The translations under genes were made by a program, and so were the position numbers. From the NCBI GenBank assembly GCA_045543495.1, contig JAZQMO010000019.1, forward strand, positions 17,056-81,055: a DNA stretch of 64,000 nucleotides, written 5' to 3'. This DNA comes from Eubacteriales bacterium. GTDB taxonomy: Bacteria; Bacillota; Clostridia; Oscillospirales; SIG627. Positions 18,865 to 24,543 of this stretch are shown here, piece after piece. Under the pieces are notes generated by a model. That model did not search any database and had not been told where the DNA came from. It saw nothing but the letters and a program-made list of their open reading frames with translations. Position 1 is the first letter of the stretch. Each line of letters begins with the position of its first letter.

Positions 18865-20121
18865 ATGAATTCTCATGCATTCAAATCGGCGGGAGCCGCC
18901 CTTCCTCAAGGCTTTTCGGCGGGCTTCGGTCGCAGAACCGTGAACCCTGAGGCAGGGACCTGTCTGGCGGGCTTCGGAAATCCCAATCGCCTTTCGGAAA
19001 AGGTGGTGGATGATCTGATGATCACCTGCACCGCCCTTTGCGATTCGGAGCAGATCCTGCTGATCTATTCGCTGGATCTTTGCTCCACCCGTGAGAGTAT
19101 GGTGGAGCGCGTCGTCTCCTGTTTGGGAGAAAAATTCGGCATTCCCGCCGAAAATATCATCCTGAACGCCACCCATACCCACTGCGGCCCCGATCTTCAC
19201 GAGGTGGGTCACGCAGGAATCGAAGCCTATCGGGAGCAGTATTTTGCTTCGCTTGAGGAAGCGGGTCGGGAGGCCATCCTGGATCTTACCCCCTGCGAAA
19301 TCAAGGTGGGAAGAACCTATACCGAGGGGATCTCCTTTGTGCGCCGCTACCTGTCCAAGCACGATGGCTCCTTTATCGGCAATTGGCCCAAGCCGCAGAA
19401 AAGCGAGGATGCCTATCACGAGACCCGCCCCGATGAGATGCTTCAGGTCATTCGCTTTGTGCGAGAAGAAAAGAAGGATATCGTTCTTTGCAACTGGCAG
19501 TGCCATCCCTGCTCCGGCAGACTGGCAGGGGAAATGAGAACGGATGTTTCCTCCGACTTTATCGGCCCTATGCGTGAGGCCTTGGAGGCAGAGGAGGAGA
19601 TCCTCTTCTCCTATCAGCAGGGCGCCTGCGGAAACGTGGTATCGGGCACCAAGATCATCACCGAAATGACCCCTCTTAATTATCGGATCAAGGGAATGAT
19701 CCTGTGCGGTGCCGTGAAGGAAGCTTTGAAGGCCGCCTATCCCGTCAAGGCGGGGAAGATCCGTGCCGTGAAGGAAGAGCTTTCCTTGAAGCGGAATGCG
19801 GCCTTTATGGAAAAATGGAAGGTGACAACGGATGCGGAGACCCTGCATCTGTCCACCGTCAGCATCGGAGATGTGGCCTTTGCCACCGCTCCTTGCGAAT
19901 TGCACGACGCCTGCGGAAGATTTATCCGTGAGGGCTCTCCCTTTAAGATGACCTTCTTCTGTGGCTACACCAACGGGGGACACGGCTACATTCCTGCCTC
20001 CTTCTGCTGGGAAAACGGCGGCTATGAGGTGAACAAATGCCATTTCCACCGTGGTGCGGGAGAGAGGATCGTGCGCCATCATCTGGAACAACTTGGTAAG
20101 CTTTACGAGGAGAGAGAATAA
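18865..20121 (+). CDS. Neutral-ceramidase-like amidohydrolase, paralog 11 (cytoplasmic form)
   Basis: ORF 18778..20121. ATG 18865 lies 2 nt after the paralog 10 stop. MNSHAFKSAGAALPQGFSAGFG. NATHTHCGP, ISFVRRY, CNWQCHPCS, QQGACGN, FCWENGGYEV. Confidence 0.8.
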   Translation: MNSHAFKSAGAALPQGFSAGFGRRTVNPEAGTCLAGFGNPNRLSEKVVDDLMITCTALCDSEQILLIYSLDLCSTRESMVERVVSCLGEKFGIPAENIILNATHTHCGPDLHEVGHAGIEAYREQYFASLEEAGREAILDLTPCEIKVGRTYTEGISFVRRYLSKHDGSFIGNWPKPQKSEDAYHETRPDEMLQVIRFVREEKKDIVLCNWQCHPCSGRLAGEMRTDVSSDFIGPMREALEAEEEILFSYQQGACGNVVSGTKIITEMTPLNYRIKGMILCGAVKEALKAAYPVKAGKIRAVKEELSLKRNAAFMEKWKVTTDAETLHLSTVSIGDVAFATAPCELHDACGRFIREGSPFKMTFFCGYTNGGHGYIPASFCWENGGYEVNKCHFHRGAGERIVRHHLEQLGKLYEERE

Positions 20122-21369
20122 ATGGATCGGACCAAGCTTCGGGAATGGAAGATCGCCGTTCCCGAGGGCTTTTCGGCGGGCTGGGCCAGAGAGGTGATCA
20201 ATCCTCTCCCCGGTACCTGCCTCGGCGGGTGGGCCACCGCCTCCAAGCGCTTATGCGAGGAGATTTTAGATGATATTATGGCCACCTGTACCGCCCTTTC
20301 CGACGGAAAAAGCATTTTCCTCTTTTATTCCCACGATGCGCTCTACATCCGTGACACTATGCTGGACGAGCAGACCCGCCGAGTGTGGGAAAAATACGGG
20401 ATCCCCGCAGAAAATGTGGTGATGAATGCCACCCATTCCCATTCTGCTCCCATTCTCCATTATCCTAAAATGAGCGGGATGCCCGAGTATATGGAGCGCT
20501 TCTGGGCGGCGATGGATCGCATTACCGAGGCGGCCATTCGGGATCTTGCGGAGGCCAAGCTTTTCATCGGCACCGCTCACACCAAGAACTTAAACTTTGT
20601 CCGCCGCTATGTTTCCATAGACGGCAAGGAGTATTTGGGAGGCTCCGCTCTCCCCAAGGGGCAGGATCCCACCAAGGTTCGCCACGAGACCGAGCCCGAC
20701 ACCGAAATGCAGGTGTTCCGCTTGGAGCGGGAGGGCAAAAAGAATATCGTTATGGTGAACTGGCAGTGCCATCCCTGCTCCGCAGGGGTGGGAAAAGAGT
20801 GGGGAACAGGCGTTTCCGCCGACTGGGTGGGCCATCTTCGTATGGGGGCAGAGGAGCTTTTGGATGCGCACTTTGTATACCATCAGGGCTGTGCAGGCAA
20901 TCTTGCCAACGCCTCCAAGCTTCAGGGAGTTCAGGCCATTACCGATTATAAGGCCAAGGGCCGTGCTTTGGCAGAGTATGTAAAAGAGGCCTACGACAAC
21001 GCCGCTCCCGCCAAAACGGGCGTCTTTCAGGCAAGCCGTCAGAATTTCATCGCCACCAACAATGAGCGATACCGTGAAAAGGAAAAGGCGGGCGAGACCG
21101 CTTCCCTGTATCTGAATACGCTGTCGATCGGCGATGTGGCCTTCGTCACCGTTCCCTGTGAGTGGCACGATACCTGCGGCCGTATGGTGAAGGATGCCTC
21201 TCCCTTCAAAATGACCTTCGTCTGCGCTTATTCCAACGGTGTGTTCAGCTACATTCCCTCCGCTCTCGCTTATTCCAACGGTGGGTACGAGTCCAAAATG
21301 TGCCACTTTGTCCGTGGCACGGGAGAAAAGATCGCCGAGGCGCTCATTGATTCTCTGAAAAAGATCTGA
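20122..21369 (+). CDS. Neutral-ceramidase-like amidohydrolase, paralog 12 (cytoplasmic form)
   Basis: 415 aa. The ATG abuts the paralog 11 stop. VPEGFSAGWA, NATHSHSAP, LNFVRRY, VNWQCHPCS, HQGCAGN, GGYES. Confidence 0.8.
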   Translation: MDRTKLREWKIAVPEGFSAGWAREVINPLPGTCLGGWATASKRLCEEILDDIMATCTALSDGKSIFLFYSHDALYIRDTMLDEQTRRVWEKYGIPAENVVMNATHSHSAPILHYPKMSGMPEYMERFWAAMDRITEAAIRDLAEAKLFIGTAHTKNLNFVRRYVSIDGKEYLGGSALPKGQDPTKVRHETEPDTEMQVFRLEREGKKNIVMVNWQCHPCSAGVGKEWGTGVSADWVGHLRMGAEELLDAHFVYHQGCAGNLANASKLQGVQAITDYKAKGRALAEYVKEAYDNAAPAKTGVFQASRQNFIATNNERYREKEKAGETASLYLNTLSIGDVAFVTVPCEWHDTCGRMVKDASPFKMTFVCAYSNGVFSYIPSALAYSNGGYESKMCHFVRGTGEKIAEALIDSLKKI

Positions 21370-21370
21370 A

Positions 21371-21412
21371 AACCAAAAAAGAAAAAGTCTTTTGCGTTTT
21401 GCAAAAGACTTT
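21371..21412 (-). terminator. Rho-independent terminator oriented for minus-strand transcription
   Basis: Perfect 12-bp stem AAAGTCTTTTGC(21384-21395)/GCAAAAGACTTT(21401-21412). The T-run (TTCTTTTTTGG) is present only on the minus-strand side. Confidence 0.5.
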
Positions 21413-21432
21413 AGTCTGAAGACAAAGTCCCG

Positions 21433-21470
21433 AACGGAGACACTTCGTAAAGAAGTAGTCTCCGTTTTTC
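21433..21470 (+). terminator. Rho-independent terminator closing the paralog array
   Basis: AACGGAGAC-ACTTC / GAAGT-A-GTCTCCGTT stem with a GTAAA loop, followed by TTTTTC. Confidence 0.7.
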
Positions 21471-21483
21471 TATATAAAGGAAA

Positions 21484-21570
21484 ATGACACTTTCAAAAAA
21501 TTGAAAGTGTCATAGTGGGTTACATACTTTTAAAAAGGTAAATACTTGCCGAAAAACAATTGTTTTTCGG
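21484..21570. other. Two perfect palindromes in non-coding DNA
   Basis: 13-bp stem ATGACACTTTCAA(21484-21496)/TTGAAAGTGTCAT(21501-21513) with an AAAA loop. 22-bp perfect palindrome CCGAAAAACAATTGTTTTTCGG (21549-21570). Confidence 0.8.
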
Positions 21571-21580
21571 TGCGTAAAGA

Positions 21581-21784
21581 ATGATATATCTCTAACGAGA
21601 TATGATATACGGCTTTGCCGTATGATATATTTTCACTTCGTGAAAACATGATATAATATCCGTTCCTTAATATGCCGCAGGCATATATCATCGCTCGCAG
21701 AACGATATCATACCGAAGGTATATCACCCGTTCCGTAAAGGAACGGATATCATTGAGGCACACTTCCTTACAGAGTGTGCCTCA
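21581..21784. repeat. Heptamer/hairpin array: 4 direct ATGATAT followed by 4 inverted ATATCA(T/C), each spacer a distinct mini-palindrome
   Basis: ATGATAT starts at 21581, 21602, 21622 and 21648. The reverse complement ATATCAT starts at 21685, 21705 and 21747, and ATATCAC at 21721. Spacers are atctc-taac-gagat, acggc-ttt-gccgt, ttttcac-ttc-gtgaaaa, atgcc-gca-ggcat, cgctc-gca-gaacg, acc-gaa-ggt and ccgttcc-gtaaa-ggaacgg. A terminal 10-bp stem TGAGGCACAC/GTGTGCCTCA spans 21754-21784. Confidence 0.85.
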
Positions 21785-21800
21785 AAGGGGCTTTGTTTTT

Positions 21801-22544
21801 TTATCGCTCGATGCCAAGATCCTCTAAGCTCAGGGAGATGCCTTCGGTCTCTTCGTCATCAATTTCGGGCCCGTCCTCCGAGAGGGGGGTAGGGGGAATT
21901 TTCTTCTGCGGCTTCTCGCCTGCCGAAAGGCGAAGCCAAAGAGCAAGGGAATAGGAAAGATAATAGAGAAAAACGGAAATGACAAAGAAGCGGTAACGGA
22001 AGGAGGATAGGGTGCCGAGGGGCAGAAGCTGGGTGAAATAAAACTGCGAGAGCTTTTCATCCAGCGCAAAGGATAGGATCAAAAGAGTGCCTTCTATGAG
22101 AGCGTGGCCCAGACAAAGCTGAGCGGCAAGGCGGGAAAACAACGGATTCTTTGCCGAAAGGATCACCATAGCCCCCATCAAAAGAAGAAAAATGAGGGTG
22201 ATCAGCACCGTGCCGTGCACCTTTTTTCCTCCCGCAATGACCAAAATTTCCAGTGCTCCATAAAGGAAAAGGGGAAGGGCAGCGGGAATGGCAAAGGACA
22301 GACCCTGCGGGGAAGAGAAAAGACTTACCGCCAAGGCCAAGATCAGGCAGAAGGGAGCGGCCATCCAGCAAAGATCCGCCAGAAGAGACAGGGTACCCTG
22401 CTCGGTGGAAACGGGGATCTCAAAATAAGCATCCATTCCTCTCCCGTCGGAAAACCAGCCCCAGGCAAAAAAGGTAAAAAACAGCATCATCAGGGCCAAA
22501 AAAAGGGAAAGGCCGCAGCAGAGATAATAGCGAATTTGTTTCAT
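21801..22544 (-). CDS. Hypothetical multi-pass membrane protein with acidic C-terminal tail
   Basis: 247 aa. Several hydrophobic segments (e.g. LCCGLSLFLALMMLFFTFFAWGW, VLITLIFLLLMGAMVIL). C-terminus PEIDDEETEGISLSLEDLG. No recognisable family. Confidence 0.6.
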   Translation of the reverse strand: MKQIRYYLCCGLSLFLALMMLFFTFFAWGWFSDGRGMDAYFEIPVSTEQGTLSLLADLCWMAAPFCLILALAVSLFSSPQGLSFAIPAALPLFLYGALEILVIAGGKKVHGTVLITLIFLLLMGAMVILSAKNPLFSRLAAQLCLGHALIEGTLLILSFALDEKLSQFYFTQLLPLGTLSSFRYRFFVISVFLYYLSYSLALWLRLSAGEKPQKKIPPTPLSEDGPEIDDEETEGISLSLEDLGIER

Positions 22545-22664
22545 AGCGATCTCACTTTGTTTTGATTGCCTCTATTATAGAAAAAAATCCTCCTTCCGTC
22601 AAGACTTGGCATTGCGTGGCAGGCTCGCTGCGTGGTATGGTGTGAAAAAAAAGGAGGTTCAATC

Positions 22665-23057
22665 GTGAAGAAGTTAACAGAAAAAAAGGTAAAACGCTGT
22701 CTGGAGGAGTATTTTTCCTCCCGCCGAGTGGCAAAACGGAATTCGGAGGGGGAGATCCTTGTGGCCAAAACGGGGGAGATCCTCTTTGAGGAGCGTCCCT
22801 GCACCGTGACGGGACTTGCCCTTGCCTTGGGAATGAGCCGTCGGGAGGAGATGGATCAGATCAAGGAGAAAAAAGTAAAAGCGCTCATTGACCGAGCGCT
22901 TTTGAGAATTGAAGAGAGTGCCGAGGAAAAGCTTTTTTCCAAGGACACCGTCAACGGTGCCAAGCTGTTCCTTTCCACCAATTTTCGGCGTTGGCAGGGC
23001 ACGGTGGAGGAGGAAGCCCCCGCCAATTTGGGGGTCTGCACCCTGTGGGCCGAGTGA
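22665..23057 (+). CDS. Phage terminase small subunit-like protein (orphan)
   Basis: ORF 22632..23057. GTG 22665 follows an AGGAGG SD. The HTH-like block PCTVTGLALALGMSRRE and the C-terminal GAKLFLSTNFRRWQG resemble TerS proteins of Firmicute phages. Confidence 0.55.
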   Translation: MKKLTEKKVKRCLEEYFSSRRVAKRNSEGEILVAKTGEILFEERPCTVTGLALALGMSRREEMDQIKEKKVKALIDRALLRIEESAEEKLFSKDTVNGAKLFLSTNFRRWQGTVEEEAPANLGVCTLWAE

Positions 23058-23678
23058 TCACAGATCCAAAATCAAAAAGACCTTGCCCTGGTGAACCTGA
23101 ACCCGAGTCTCCCCTGCGATCTCATTGCTGACTCCCAAGGGAAAATCAATGGTGAGGGGAGCGTGGGACAAATTGTATTTTGCTCCCGAAACGGAAACGA
23201 TGGCCTTTTCCGTGGCGGAAAAGAGGGAAAAATAGCGGCAGGGCGCAAGGGAGATCTCTTCCCCCTGCTCCACAAGATCGATCCTGCATTTTAAATCCCG
23301 AATTTGCCCCTTGGCCCCCTTGGAGGAGAGGGTCAGAAGGGTGGAAAGGTTTGCCACGGTGTGGGAAAAGCGGTTTCCGCCCATGGCTCCGTAGAGAACG
23401 AAGCGGCGGTAGCCCAAATTCAGGCCCTCCCGCACGGCGGCGAGGGTATCGGTATCGTCCTTTACCTTGGGGAGAACAATGGATCTGACTCCTTCGGGAG
23501 AAAAGCCGAGGGAGTCCGAATCGCCAATATAAAGGTCGCAAGGGATGCCCGCCTCCCGTAAGAGGGCATAGCCTCGGTCTGCGGCGATGACAAGATCGCC
23601 CGCTTCTGTTTCAAAGACGGCGGGATCAAAATCCCCCGCTCCTACGATGCGGCAGACACCGCTTTTTCCTTCTGACAT
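23058..23678 (-). CDS. thiN: Thiamine diphosphokinase (thiamine pyrophosphokinase)
   Basis: 206 aa. IGDSDSLG and KVKDDTDTLAAV motifs typical of TPK. Downstream of thiT under a TPP riboswitch. Confidence 0.8.
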   Translation of the reverse strand: MSEGKSGVCRIVGAGDFDPAVFETEAGDLVIAADRGYALLREAGIPCDLYIGDSDSLGFSPEGVRSIVLPKVKDDTDTLAAVREGLNLGYRRFVLYGAMGGNRFSHTVANLSTLLTLSSKGAKGQIRDLKCRIDLVEQGEEISLAPCRYFSLFSATEKAIVSVSGAKYNLSHAPLTIDFPLGVSNEIAGETRVQVHQGKVFLILDL

Positions 23679-23684
23679 ATTACC

Positions 23685-24338
23685 TCAATTCTTTTTCACA
23701 AAGGGAAGTCGGGAAACGGGAATGGCGGCCACAAGGGTGATCACGGTCTCGGGAAGCATATAAAGCCCGTTGTATACCACGGAGTAAACAAGGGAAAGAG
23801 AAAAGCCCGAGAAGGTTTCCATGGCCCATTGGGAGATGGCAAAATCCTTGGCGGCGCTTTCCAAAAAGAACCATTCTGCCCAAGCCCCGTAGAAGATGGC
23901 ACCGGAGAGCACGTGGAACAGGTAGCAAAGGGCACAGCCTAAGATCGAGCCCGAAACCAGCGCCTTTGCAGGGGAGAGGTGGCGAAAGACGCCTCCGAGC
24001 CCCACCGAGGTAAAGGCGAGAATGTAATCCAGAAGCAAAATGGCAAAGGCCACTCCCACCGATCCCATATAGGAATCGGAATCGGGTAAAAACAGGCCCG
24101 AAACGGTCTTGAAGCCAATGGCCATCTGCAAGAGGGAATACACGAAGGCACTGCCAAGACCCCAGCGAACGCCATACAGATAAGAGATCAGAACAAGGGG
24201 CAAAAGGCTTGCGATGGTGACGGTGCCGCCGAAGGGGAGGTTTAAGAAGGGGATCCATTCGGATACCAGCGAAATGGCGCTGCCCAAGGCAATCAGCATT
24301 GCCGAGGTGACCAGCTTTTGTGTTTTGGTGTGATTCAT
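23685..24338 (-). CDS. thiT: Thiamine ECF-transporter S component (ThiT-like)
   Basis: 217 aa, about 6 TM segments. First gene after a TPP riboswitch and immediately upstream of thiN. Confidence 0.7.
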   Translation of the reverse strand: MNHTKTQKLVTSAMLIALGSAISLVSEWIPFLNLPFGGTVTIASLLPLVLISYLYGVRWGLGSAFVYSLLQMAIGFKTVSGLFLPDSDSYMGSVGVAFAILLLDYILAFTSVGLGGVFRHLSPAKALVSGSILGCALCYLFHVLSGAIFYGAWAEWFFLESAAKDFAISQWAMETFSGFSLSLVYSVVYNGLYMLPETVITLVAAIPVSRLPFVKKN

Positions 24339-24349
24339 ACGACACTCCT

Positions 24350-24485
24350 ATAAAAAAATTCGCACAGGACGGAAGTCCCGTGCGAACGTGAATCTGTTCT
24401 CCATAAAAACTCCCTACGCCGGTATTATCCATCTCAGGTGAAAGGGTTTGCATTTCTGCATCTCAGCCGTAGCACCCCTGTTTTT
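24350..24485 (-). promoter_or_regulatory. TPP (THI-box) riboswitch with terminator expression platform
   Basis: Minus strand reads GGGGTGCTACGGCTGAGATGCAGAAATGCAAACCCTTTCACCTGAGATGGATAATACCGGCGTAGGGA (about 24482-24410). This carries the CTGAGA and ACCTGA..GGATAATACC..GCG.AGGGA hallmarks. It is followed by hairpin CGCACGGG/CCTGTGCG (24384-24361) plus AATTTTTTTA. Confidence 0.9.
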
Positions 24486-24506
24486 TCCGCTCTTGTGCGT
24501 AGCCTT

Positions 24507-24535
24507 ATGATAACTTCTTTTTTTGGATTTGTCAA
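24507..24535 (-). promoter_or_regulatory. Sigma-A type promoter of the riboswitch-thiT-thiN unit
   Basis: Minus strand TTGACA (24535-24530), 17-nt spacer, TATCAT (24512-24507). Overlaps the 5' end of the terL ORF on the other strand. Confidence 0.5.
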
Positions 24536-24543
24536 GTAAAAAA

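Noticed and set aside
4552-20091. Long minus-strand ORFs mirroring the paralog array (e.g. 4552-5772, 7608-9338, 10465-11373, 12021-13046, 14777-16177, 16265-17563, 18026-18880, 18844-20091).
   Set aside because: Each lies antisense to a + strand gene with strong family motifs, RBS and signal peptides. Their products are Gly/His/Ala-rich low-information sequence typical of the antisense frame of GC-rich codons. None has a convincing RBS or conserved motif.
2901-21466. Shared ACGGAGAC...GTCTCCGT stems in the terminators at 2901-2924 and 21433-21466, considered as a possible repeat family.
   Set aside because: Only 8-9 nt are shared and the loops and flanks differ. Chance similarity between GC-rich terminator stems is sufficient to explain it.
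21581-21753. Possibility that the heptamer array is a CRISPR array or an integron attC site.
   Set aside because: The repeats are only 7 nt, with 9-30-nt palindromic spacers. The orientation flips halfway. No cas or intI genes are present and no R'/R'' GTTRRRY-type core sites are seen.
21530-21763. 77-aa minus-strand ORF inside the hairpin/heptamer array.
   Set aside because: It has no RBS and its sequence is dictated by the palindromes (Tyr/Ile-rich from ATA/TAT repeats). The region is better explained as structured non-coding DNA or RNA.
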